Below, in pieces: positions 22,665 through 31,432 of a DNA stretch of 37,364 nucleotides (position 1 is its first letter; every line of letters starts with the position of its first letter). The stretch is from positions 1 to 37,364 of the IMG/VR virus record IMGVR_UViG_3300017780_001329. One strand, written 5' to 3'. Source of the DNA: a virus. Its lineage: Duplodnaviria; Caudoviricetes. The translations under genes were made by a program, and so were the position numbers. The notes under the pieces were generated by a model. It was given only the letters and a program-made list of their open reading frames with translations. It had not been told where the DNA came from and made no database searches.

Positions 22665-24581
22665 ATGAGCAGCTACACGAGCGTCTTCGGCGGCCAGACG
22701 ATCAACCCGACGATGTTGTCGTATGCCGCGTACACGACCGCGGTCGATCTCAATCTTGTCTGGAGTTTTGAGGCGCTCGACGGCAGCGACGTCATGGCGG
22801 CGAAGCTCGACGTCGTTGCCAGCGTAGCGGCGCTCTCCGTTGCTTTTCCAAAGGCGTCTCTTGTCAGCGTCGGTCAGGATGTTCTGATCCGCAACACGGG
22901 TGCCAACCTCTTCTCGGTGCATGACTACGCGGGCAACACGCTGGGCACCGTCGCGTCTGGGGAGTCGTGGTACTTCTACCTAACCGACAACTCGACGGAT
23001 GCGGGAACGTGGGAGTCGGTGCAGTTCGGCACCGGGACGTCTTCGGCCAGCGCGGCGTCGTTGGCGGGCTACGGCCTCGCTGCCGTCACGACTCTCCTCA
23101 ACCAGAACCTCCCGACAACTGCCTTGACGGGAAACTACACGTTTGGGGTGAACGACACCGCAAGCGTTGTCCGAAGCAGCGGCGGCTCTGTGGTGTGGGC
23201 GTTTGCCGCCGCCGCCACGTTGGGAAGCGGGTGGTTCGCCTACGTTATCAATGCAGGAACAGGGACTTTGACTCTGAATCCGGCGGGGGCCGAGACCATT
23301 GACGACGCAGCGACAAAGGTTCTTCAGCCGGATGAAAGCTGCATTGTCTTCTGCGATGGGGTTCAGTTCAGCACCGTTGGATACGGTCGTGCCGTCACGT
23401 CTACCGTCACCGCGCAGTCCATCGGCATTGCCGGTGGCCCCAGCACCGTCACACTCTCTGCCGTGCAGACAGAAGCGCAAATACAGAATTTCACAGGCGC
23501 GCTTACTGGCAACCAGATAGTCGACTACGGCGTCGGTGCCGGGTACTGGTTTGTCTACAACAACACGACGGGTGCCTATACTGTTACCTTTCGCGCCGGA
23601 GCATTAGACGCGGGCGTCGTCGTTACGCAGGGGGCCTTTTCAATCCTCCGGTCGGATGGTGCGAACATGAGGATCGCATTCACGGCCACGTCTGGCACCG
23701 TCACCAGCGTGGCGACGGGCACCGGCCTCACGGGCGGCCCGATCACGACCACCGGCACTGTCGCGCTGGCCAACACGGCGGTGACTCCCGGCACCTACGG
23801 CGGCGCGCTCAATATGACCGTCGGCATTACTGTCGACGCGCAGGGGCGCATCACGAACGCTGCCGACGGAAACATTGCCATCCCGCTTACGCAGGTCACG
23901 GCGTTCTCGTCTGCCACGCTGCGCGGGCAAATGACCGACGAGACTGGTACCGGACTTGCGGTGTTCGCTACAGGTCCGACACTTTCGAGTCCCGTAGTCG
24001 GCACGCAGGCTCCCTCTAATAACTCTACCTTAGCGGCGAGCACGGCCTACGTTGAGGCGGCGGTTGCCGCAATTGTGGCTGTCCCCACAGGGGCAATTAT
24101 TCCCTATGGCGGATCAGCCGCGCCTTCAAGTTGGGTTCTGTGTGACGCGACTTCGTATGCTACCGCCGCCCAGCCTGCCCTCTTTGCCGTCATCGGCTAC
24201 ACCTACGGTGGGGCCGGGTTAAACTTTAACGTGCCCGACCTGCGAGGCCGCGTCGTGGCCGGTGTCGATGGTGGCGCGGGGCGACTGGGCAGCGGACCTA
24301 CTGGCGGCATTACGGGAGCCGCGACCTTGGCCGCCGTCGGTGGCGAACAGTCTCACGTCCAGACGACCGCCGAGATGGTGGCGCATACACACCCCATCCC
24401 GGCTGATCCAAATGTCGGGGCGCTTCAAAATTCCTATAACGGGGGCGCAGGTGTGTCGGGTGGTGGTAATGCCATGCAGTCTACCGGGTACACGACGACA
24501 GTTACGTCAAGCACTGGCTCCGGCACGGCGGCTAACATTGTGCAGCCCACCATCGTTCTAAACTACATCATCAAAACTTAG
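22665..24581 (+). CDS. Tail fibre protein with C-terminal tail-collar domain
   Basis: Start ATG 22665 (GGAG RBS); GTVTSV.TGTGLTGGPITTTGT fibre repeat; collar motif VPTGAIIPYGG..AP..WVLCD...LFAVIG.TYG...FNVPDLRGR; C-terminal NIVQPTIVLNYIIKT. Confidence 0.88.
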   Translation: MSSYTSVFGGQTINPTMLSYAAYTTAVDLNLVWSFEALDGSDVMAAKLDVVASVAALSVAFPKASLVSVGQDVLIRNTGANLFSVHDYAGNTLGTVASGESWYFYLTDNSTDAGTWESVQFGTGTSSASAASLAGYGLAAVTTLLNQNLPTTALTGNYTFGVNDTASVVRSSGGSVVWAFAAAATLGSGWFAYVINAGTGTLTLNPAGAETIDDAATKVLQPDESCIVFCDGVQFSTVGYGRAVTSTVTAQSIGIAGGPSTVTLSAVQTEAQIQNFTGALTGNQIVDYGVGAGYWFVYNNTTGAYTVTFRAGALDAGVVVTQGAFSILRSDGANMRIAFTATSGTVTSVATGTGLTGGPITTTGTVALANTAVTPGTYGGALNMTVGITVDAQGRITNAADGNIAIPLTQVTAFSSATLRGQMTDETGTGLAVFATGPTLSSPVVGTQAPSNNSTLAASTAYVEAAVAAIVAVPTGAIIPYGGSAAPSSWVLCDATSYATAAQPALFAVIGYTYGGAGLNFNVPDLRGRVVAGVDGGAGRLGSGPTGGITGAATLAAVGGEQSHVQTTAEMVAHTHPIPADPNVGALQNSYNGGAGVSGGGNAMQSTGYTTTVTSSTGSGTAANIVQPTIVLNYIIKT

Positions 24582-24592
24582 CGGGGGCAGTT

Positions 24593-24898
24593 ATGACTAT
24601 TGCCTATGTTTTAAGTGTCACCAGCATGGCCTGTGCCCCACAATACGAGGGGCAGGTGGATGTCGTGATTCGTGTCGTCTGGACCTACGGCGGAACCAAC
24701 GGGGTCAACAACTATTATTGCGGAGGAGAAACTATCTTGTTGTACGTTCCGCCTGCCCCATTTACCCCTTACGTCGACTTGACCGAAGAGCAGGTTGCGG
24801 GATGGGTGACAGGTAGCTGGACCCCAGAACAGACGGCTTACATGCAGGAAACTATCGCCGCTCAATTGGCTCTTGTTGTTTTGCCGTTGCCTTGGTGA
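24593..24898 (+). CDS. Small tail-fibre-associated protein
   Basis: DVV..V.W...FTPY.DLTEEQV.GW...LPW pattern typical of genes following tail fibres. Confidence 0.7.
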   Translation: MTIAYVLSVTSMACAPQYEGQVDVVIRVVWTYGGTNGVNNYYCGGETILLYVPPAPFTPYVDLTEEQVAGWVTGSWTPEQTAYMQETIAAQLALVVLPLPW

Positions 24899-24935
24899 GT
24901 GCAATGTTAGTGTTTCTCTTTGAACGTGATTTGTA

Positions 24936-26744
24936 GTGGCCGACCAGAACTTCCCCACACCCAAGACCCAACTGGTGCTGTCTCAACCGGGACTTCGCCG
25001 CGACGGGACGCAATTGGCGCGGAACACCTACTCCGACATGCTGTGGGCGCGGTTCTATCAGGACCGCCCGCGCAAGATGGGCGGCTACGTGGAGACGGAA
25101 CGCTACATCGACGGCATCGCGCGCTGCATACACCTGTTTGCAAACGACGGCGTCTGTAACATCCACGTCGGCTCGACTACCTCCTTTCAAAGGTTCTATG
25201 TCGACGACAACACCGACCTCTCCAGCGGCATCTCTGACCGCACTCCGGCGGGATATGCTCCCTCCGCCTTGAACTTGTGGCAGGCCGACTCGCTCTACTA
25301 CGCGGGAGACACGTCAACGGCGATCATCGCGGCGGCGACACCCTCCCTGCTGAACCTCACCTCGACGGCGGAGCTTCCCTGCTACTACGGCGACGTCACG
25401 CTTAACACGGCACTCGACCCCATATTGGATGCAGGCAGCCTTTTCACATTGATTGCAACCGGAATGGCAAACAACGGCGCGGGCCTGATCCGCGTCACGG
25501 TGGCCTCGGTGGGGGCCTTGGCAACAGGCGACAATGCCGTGATCACCGGGACTGTGGGAACAGTCGAGGCGAACGGGACGTGGACGGTCACCTATATTTC
25601 TCCTACGACGTTCGATCTTGTTGGGTCTACCTTCACTAATGCGTGGGTGTCAGGTGGCTCCTGTGACGTAAGCACCCCCATCTTTACGTCGGGTGGCCTG
25701 TGCGCCATCGGAACGTCAGTGTTCGTTTACGGGCACGACGGTCTCATCAAGTGGTCCAGCCCTGTCAACTCCTTTGACTTTACTGGCTCTGGCAGCGGTG
25801 AGTCGCGCCCCGTTCCCACCAAAATCCTGAAGGGCCTGCCAATCCGTGGTTCGTCCACCCCCGCGGGCATATTCTGGGCCATCGACGCGGTGATCCTTGC
25901 ACAGTATGTCGGGACTCCGACGTTCTGGAACATGACGACGCTCACAACGTCGGGTTCTCTGATGGGCCAGAACTGCATCATCGAGCACAACGGCATCTAC
26001 TACTGGGCGACGATGGCCGGGTTCTTGATGTTTAACGGCGTCGTGCGGGACATCCCCAACGAGTTCAACAAGCGTTGGTTTGTGGACAACATCAATCTGA
26101 CGTATCGCAACAAGTCGTTTGCCTACAAAGTCCCGGCTTTTAATGAAATCTGGTGGTGTTTCCCGTTCGGCAACGCGACCGAGTGCTCGCACGCGGTAAT
26201 CTACAACTACGAGAAGAACTACTGGTACGACACGGCGTTGCCTAATGAGGGCCGCGCCGCCGGGGCCTACAACATCACATGCCCTGCCCCATTTATGACG
26301 GGGGTTGTCGTTGGCGACGACACGGGTAAGTACTCGTTTTGGAGCCACGAGACAGGTGTCGATGAAGTAAGCGGGCCGCGCTCCACAAGTCTTGCCATTA
26401 GGTCGTACTTCGAGACGTCGGAGTTCAGCATCGTCGAGCCGCAGCAACTCGGCCAGCTTGGTGACGACAAGGCGATCTCCTACAGCCTCCTCGAACCCGA
26501 CTACGATCAGGTCGGAGACCTCAACTTTTATGTCACCTCGCGCGCCAACGCGCGGGCGACGGAGCAGGTCAGCGACGCCATCGTGATCCCGGCGAACCCG
26601 ACCGCCAACGAGCAGTTGGTCAAATTCAAGAAGACCGGGCGTCTGACCAAGTTCAAAGTCGAGAGCAACGTGGCCGGGGGCAACTACGTCTGTGGTTCCC
26701 CAATGATCCACTTTCAGCCGTCGGATGGTCGGAGAGAGGACTAG
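24936..26744 (+). CDS. Tail nozzle / tubular protein B (P22 gp10-like beta-propeller)
   Basis: PG..RDGT, RF...RPRKMGG N-terminus; YYW, F.MFNG.V..IP, FNEIWWCFP, VIYNY...WY; 602 aa. Confidence 0.82.
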   Translation: MADQNFPTPKTQLVLSQPGLRRDGTQLARNTYSDMLWARFYQDRPRKMGGYVETERYIDGIARCIHLFANDGVCNIHVGSTTSFQRFYVDDNTDLSSGISDRTPAGYAPSALNLWQADSLYYAGDTSTAIIAAATPSLLNLTSTAELPCYYGDVTLNTALDPILDAGSLFTLIATGMANNGAGLIRVTVASVGALATGDNAVITGTVGTVEANGTWTVTYISPTTFDLVGSTFTNAWVSGGSCDVSTPIFTSGGLCAIGTSVFVYGHDGLIKWSSPVNSFDFTGSGSGESRPVPTKILKGLPIRGSSTPAGIFWAIDAVILAQYVGTPTFWNMTTLTTSGSLMGQNCIIEHNGIYYWATMAGFLMFNGVVRDIPNEFNKRWFVDNINLTYRNKSFAYKVPAFNEIWWCFPFGNATECSHAVIYNYEKNYWYDTALPNEGRAAGAYNITCPAPFMTGVVVGDDTGKYSFWSHETGVDEVSGPRSTSLAIRSYFETSEFSIVEPQQLGQLGDDKAISYSLLEPDYDQVGDLNFYVTSRANARATEQVSDAIVIPANPTANEQLVKFKKTGRLTKFKVESNVAGGNYVCGSPMIHFQPSDGRRED

Positions 26745-26746
26745 CC

Positions 26747-26971
26747 GTGGCCTTGACCGTCGTCCCTGACCCCAAGGGTCTCCAGTGGCAGGACTGGGCC
26801 GACACGGTCGTCGGCTACAACGCCGACCTGCGGAACCAAGTCGCGCCCGAGACCGACTGGCGTGTCTTTGCGGACTTTGTCACGGGGGCGGTCCCCGACG
26901 CGCCCCGCCACGACCTGTTCGATACTTGGGACGCTTGGGCGCGGGCCTTGAAGTTTACGGTAAACGTCTAA
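26747..26971 (+). CDS. Small Trp-rich hypothetical protein
   Basis: GAGGA RBS; PDP..LQWQDWA...DW..FA...P....FDTWDAWA. Confidence 0.72.
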   Translation: MALTVVPDPKGLQWQDWADTVVGYNADLRNQVAPETDWRVFADFVTGAVPDAPRHDLFDTWDAWARALKFTVNV

Positions 26972-27083
26972 CGGGGGCTGGCTAAGGCCCCTGAGTGTGC
27001 TAAAATCCGGCTCTACCAGCACGGAGGTCCCCTCACACAGGCGGATCGGCGCGGGGATGAGCCCATTACGGGAGCCCACGACT

Positions 27084-28148
27084 ATGGCTGGTTATTTCTC
27101 AAACAACGGCGAGGGTACCGACGCAAACGCCGCGAGGCAGTTCGAGCGGGAGTTCGCTGACAATCCCCGGTCCTTCGGTGGTCCGGGGGGCGGCTTTTTG
27201 GGCCGCCTGATAGGTGCGCGCCAACCCAGCAACGGGATCACCTCGGAGCCGCTCCCCGACCCCACGCCGCCCCCTGAGCCACCTAGCCCGCAGGCCTCCC
27301 AGCAGGCCTCCCCGCAGGGAATGAGCCTCTCGTCGGCGGCGGGCCTGATCAACCGCATCATCACGCAGTCCGCGCAGCCGCTGCCGCCCCCGGTCACGTC
27401 GCAGAGCTTCGCACCCCCGCCGGAAACGTGGACGAACGGCATGCGTTTGCCCCCCGCGCCGATGCCCCAGCAGACGGCGGGTAATGCGCCATTCCAAGGC
27501 CCGGGCATGCCGGGGCGGGGAATGAACATGGGTCCGGGGGGTCTCGGCTCGCCTGTCCAGCTTCCGATGAACGGCATGATGCCGCCGATGCCCCAACAGC
27601 CCCCACCGCCGCCCTACATGCCTCCGAGAGGTATACCGCTGCCGCCACGGGGCGGCACCAGCGGCGCGGGTCTCCCACCCTACCCCCAGCAGCCGGGGGC
27701 GGGTGTGCCTGCGGGCGGCCTGACGCCCCAGATGGCGATGGACCTCGTGAACTACGTCAAGCAGATGCAACAGAACGGCGGACAGCCCCGCGCCTTCGCC
27801 AACGGCGGCTACCTCCGCATGATGCGCGGCGGCTACCCTGCCGACCTGATGATGGGCATGCCGATGCGGCACGACTACGCCCGTGGCAGCTACGTCTCCG
27901 AGGATGGGCAGGGCGACGGTCGCAGCGACCACGTCGATGCGAAGCTGTCCCCCGGTGAGTTCGTGGTCGACGCCGAGTCAGTCTCGATGCTGGGCAACGG
28001 CTCGAACGAGGCGGGAGCACGCAAGCTCGAACAGATGCGAAGCGGCATCCGCCGCCAGAAGGGCAAGGCGCTGGCGAAGGGCAAGTTCTCGCCCGACGCG
28101 AAAAGCCCAGAGGCCTACATGCGCGGCAAGACGCGAGGCAAGTCGTGA
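27084..28148 (+). CDS. Pro-rich putative internal virion/ejection protein with GG motifs and a GDGRSD-LSPGEFV domain
   Basis: Start probably ATG 27084 (GGAG upstream; track gives 26997); FANGGYLRMMRGGY, then G.SD.V.A.LS.GEFVV.A..VS.LGNGS..AGA..L. Confidence 0.7.
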   Translation: MAGYFSNNGEGTDANAARQFEREFADNPRSFGGPGGGFLGRLIGARQPSNGITSEPLPDPTPPPEPPSPQASQQASPQGMSLSSAAGLINRIITQSAQPLPPPVTSQSFAPPPETWTNGMRLPPAPMPQQTAGNAPFQGPGMPGRGMNMGPGGLGSPVQLPMNGMMPPMPQQPPPPPYMPPRGIPLPPRGGTSGAGLPPYPQQPGAGVPAGGLTPQMAMDLVNYVKQMQQNGGQPRAFANGGYLRMMRGGYPADLMMGMPMRHDYARGSYVSEDGQGDGRSDHVDAKLSPGEFVVDAESVSMLGNGSNEAGARKLEQMRSGIRRQKGKALAKGKFSPDAKSPEAYMRGKTRGKS

Positions 28149-28567
28149 GCACGACCTTCGGCATCGACCCGGTGAAGCCGGAGCACATCGCCGTCGTGTG
28201 GCCGGAGGTGGCACCGCTGTTCGAGCGCGCCATCAAGCGTTCTGACTCGTGGGACACGATGGCAAGTCTTCGCGCGGACGTAGACAAGGGCAACACTGCC
28301 CTCTGGCTGATCTGCGACCGCACCTCGCTGGTCGCCGCCTTCGTCACCGGAGTCGTGACCTCGGGCCGGGGCAGGCTCCTCAACGCGGTCATCCTCGGCG
28401 GCAGCCGCATGTCGGAGTGGTTCGCGCAATTTGAAAGAAAGCTGGTGGCCATTGCAAAGTCCGAAGACTGTAAGGCGGTCGTCGCTGTAGGTCGGCGAGG
28501 GTGGAAGAGGGTGTTTGAGCGTTGTGGCTGGGCTGAAGGCCCCGTCACCATGTTGAGGATGGTCTGA
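28145..28567 (+). CDS. GNAT-fold protein (P22 gp14 / T7 gp13-like position)
   Basis: W..V.P....A, LW, ILGG..M..W, GRRGWKRV motifs; lies just before the ejection genes. Confidence 0.75.
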   Translation: MSTTFGIDPVKPEHIAVVWPEVAPLFERAIKRSDSWDTMASLRADVDKGNTALWLICDRTSLVAAFVTGVVTSGRGRLLNAVILGGSRMSEWFAQFERKLVAIAKSEDCKAVVAVGRRGWKRVFERCGWAEGPVTMLRMV

Positions 28568-30147
28568 TGGGTTTTTTAAGCGGACTCTTCCAAGGCAGCA
28601 GCGGCGGAAACCAATCCACGTCGACCAACTCGAATAGCTCGACGAACTACACGCCGCAGTACAACGACTACGTCAACAACATCCTGACGACGGCGAAGGA
28701 CCTTGGCGCGCAGCCGTTCCAGCCCGGTCCTTCCCCGCAGAACCGATACGCGCCCGCAACCCCGGCCATGCAGACTGGCTGGGGCAACATCATGGGCAAC
28801 AGCGCGAACTACATGCCCGCGCAGAACATGGCGATGGCAGGCCTTAACACGGCGGCCCAGACGCCGAATGCGTGGAATGCCGGTGCGCCTGCGCTGGGCG
28901 CTGCGGCCATGCAGCCGGGTGGCTATCAGGCCGCGCAGCCGTGGATGCAGGCCGCCAGCCAGACGTGGCCGGGGGCCGCGAGCCAGTACACCAATCCGTT
29001 CCTTTCGGGTGCCGTCGGCTACGGCAACCAGCTTGCCACCCAGAACTTGATGGAGCGGACGCTCCCCGGCGTGATGGATCAGTTCGTCACGTCGGGCGGT
29101 CAGCTTGGGCGGAAGAACTACAACAACCAACTGAGCCGCACGCTTCGCGACTTCGGCAACACTGCCTACGGCAACGCGATGACCGCGACGTCGAACAACT
29201 ACAACAACCTGAACCAGCAGTTCAACGCCGACCAGAACCGTCTCGCCAGCCTCGGCCAGACGCAGGGCAACCTCGCCAATCAGACGATGAACCAGTACGG
29301 CAACCTTGCCACGACGGCAGGCGGCCTCGCCAACACTGGGTCACAGCAGGGCCTCAACTTGGCGCAGTCGGGCATGAACGCCGCGCAGATTGCCAGTGGC
29401 CTCGGCCTCACCAACGCGGGCGCGCAGGTCAACGTCGGCCAGCAGCAGCAGGGTCTCCAGCAACAGCAGTTGGACTACGCGGAGCAGCAGCGTCAGGCGG
29501 GCATCCAGTGGCCCTACCAGATGGTCAACTTCATGCGCGACGCGCAGTCGGGTCTCCAGATACCGACGACGCAGACCGCATCGTCCACGTCAACCGGGAC
29601 CTCAGCCAACACCGGCTCGACGTCGCCGTTCGGTTCGATCCTCGGGACGTTGGCGACTGTCGGCTCACTGGCCACACCGGGTAAGGATGGAACGAGTGCT
29701 GGCGGCAACGTTCTAGGCGGCCTCGGCAACCTGTTCGGTGGCGGTGGGCAGTCGGGCGGTTACACTATCGGCCAAGGCACACCCGGTGCCGGTTCTATCG
29801 CACAGCAAGCCGCTAATATGCCGGGGGGCATCTACAGCAAGCGCGGCGGCCACTTCTCGAAGAAGAAGGCCAAGAAGTTCGCCACGGGCGGACACGCGCC
29901 TGTCGTGAAGGCGATGAGCCAGAACACGAAGCGGTCCCAGCAGGGCGCGCTGTCGCGCCGCCGCGCGGCGGAGCAGGAGAAGGCACCGCACGGGGCCTTC
30001 TCCGGTCGTCCACCACCGAAGATGCCGCCGATCATGCCGATGGCTCCGCCTGCCGGAGGTCCGCCGATGGGTGGTCCGCCGCGTCCCCCCATGCCCGCCA
30101 TGAAGCGTGGCGGCTACTTTGCCGGGAGCCAGACCCGTGGCCGATGA
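28567..30147 (+). CDS. DNA ejection (pilot) protein, Gln/Asn/Gly-rich
   Basis: MGFLSGLF N-terminus, QYTNPF, GQQQQGLQQQQLD, WPYQMVNF, Gly-zipper segments; C-terminal KRGGHF/FATGG/MKRGGYF. Confidence 0.7.
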   Translation: MGFLSGLFQGSSGGNQSTSTNSNSSTNYTPQYNDYVNNILTTAKDLGAQPFQPGPSPQNRYAPATPAMQTGWGNIMGNSANYMPAQNMAMAGLNTAAQTPNAWNAGAPALGAAAMQPGGYQAAQPWMQAASQTWPGAASQYTNPFLSGAVGYGNQLATQNLMERTLPGVMDQFVTSGGQLGRKNYNNQLSRTLRDFGNTAYGNAMTATSNNYNNLNQQFNADQNRLASLGQTQGNLANQTMNQYGNLATTAGGLANTGSQQGLNLAQSGMNAAQIASGLGLTNAGAQVNVGQQQQGLQQQQLDYAEQQRQAGIQWPYQMVNFMRDAQSGLQIPTTQTASSTSTGTSANTGSTSPFGSILGTLATVGSLATPGKDGTSAGGNVLGGLGNLFGGGGQSGGYTIGQGTPGAGSIAQQAANMPGGIYSKRGGHFSKKKAKKFATGGHAPVVKAMSQNTKRSQQGALSRRRAAEQEKAPHGAFSGRPPPKMPPIMPMAPPAGGPPMGGPPRPPMPAMKRGGYFAGSQTRGR

Positions 30148-31429
30148 AGTCCCCGACTCAGCAGTCGTCCCCACTGCGCTCGCCTACACGCTGGGCGGCG
30201 ATCCGGGCGTCCGAAATCCTGAACTCGCCGAGAAGTACCGCAGTGAGTACAAGACACGCGGCGAGAAGTTCGCGCTCGACTACGAAGACGTGATGAGCAA
30301 GCGGCAGGCCGAGGTCGAGAACGCCAAGCGCATTCTCGACGAGACGGCGGCTGCTCTGCGTGCGGGCCACACGGGCGAAGGTCCGGGGCAGATGAACCTG
30401 CCGCTGCTCCAGATGGCGGCGGGCTTCTTCAAGCCGACGAAGAGCGGCAACTTCGGCGAGGAGTTCGGCAATGCGTTGTCCGGTCTCGCGGGCGGCATCG
30501 GCAATCAGCGCATGCGTGACGACGAGTTCAACCGTGGCATGGCCGATCTGACTCTCAAGCGGTCGAGCTTTGAGCAGGAGCCGCTGAAGGATCGCGCCGC
30601 GCTTCTGAAGGCGCAGCAACTCCAGCAGGAGAAGGGCCAGCAGGCCATCGAGACGGCGCAGATCAAGACTGCGGCAGGTGGGAGCAAGCGACCGGCAGAA
30701 CTTTTGGTTTTCGACGAGTGGGTAAAAGACCCGAAGAACGTAGGTAAGACTGTTGACGACTACAAAAAAGAGATGGCAGACCTACGCGCACAAAAGACGG
30801 CCAACCAAAAAGAACTGGCAGACCTTCGGAAGAAGTTTCCGGGGGCTACGATTGATGATCTTTATCTTATCCGGGCGCGGGAGGCTGCGAGGGGCAAGGC
30901 CATTGGCGAGGACACCGGCAAGGTGACGCAGTCCCTGCCGAAGTTCGAGGCGGTGGTCACTGAAGGTAAGGAGACCATCAACATGCTCCTTAACGACAAG
31001 GACGGCATGAAGGATGCGGTCGGCAAGCTGTGGGCGACCGTTCCGGGTTTGCCGGGGACGCCCAAGCGGCGTTGGGAAGCCAACTACGACAAGCTCATGG
31101 GAGAAGTGTTCGGAGCGGTCTATGAAGAACTCCGTGGAGCAGGCCAAATTACCGAAATGGAGTCCCTTACCAAGATCAAGGGCGCGGTGGCTTCTTCGCG
31201 TTATCAAAGTCCCGAAGACTTCGCAAATGCTCTCCGACGCTACGAGCGTCAGCTTGAAATCTCCCGTAACATTCTGCGTGAGAAAGCCGGGAAGCCGCAG
31301 TCGACTGTAGGACCGCCCGCAGCCAATACGCAACAGGCCCCAGCCCCCGGCGGTGGCAGTGCTGCGTCTCCACTTCCTTCTGACTGGTACATTGATAACG
31401 GCATGTACCGCCAAAAGAAAGGTCCGTAG
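30137..31429 (+). CDS. Putative DNA ejection protein (helical)
   Basis: Start probably GTG 30137 (GGAG RBS); AAGFFKPTKSGNFGEEFG; LRGAGQITEME motif. Confidence 0.65.
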   Translation: MADEVPDSAVVPTALAYTLGGDPGVRNPELAEKYRSEYKTRGEKFALDYEDVMSKRQAEVENAKRILDETAAALRAGHTGEGPGQMNLPLLQMAAGFFKPTKSGNFGEEFGNALSGLAGGIGNQRMRDDEFNRGMADLTLKRSSFEQEPLKDRAALLKAQQLQQEKGQQAIETAQIKTAAGGSKRPAELLVFDEWVKDPKNVGKTVDDYKKEMADLRAQKTANQKELADLRKKFPGATIDDLYLIRAREAARGKAIGEDTGKVTQSLPKFEAVVTEGKETINMLLNDKDGMKDAVGKLWATVPGLPGTPKRRWEANYDKLMGEVFGAVYEELRGAGQITEMESLTKIKGAVASSRYQSPEDFANALRRYERQLEISRNILREKAGKPQSTVGPPAANTQQAPAPGGGSAASPLPSDWYIDNGMYRQKKGP

Positions 31430-31432
31430 CGC

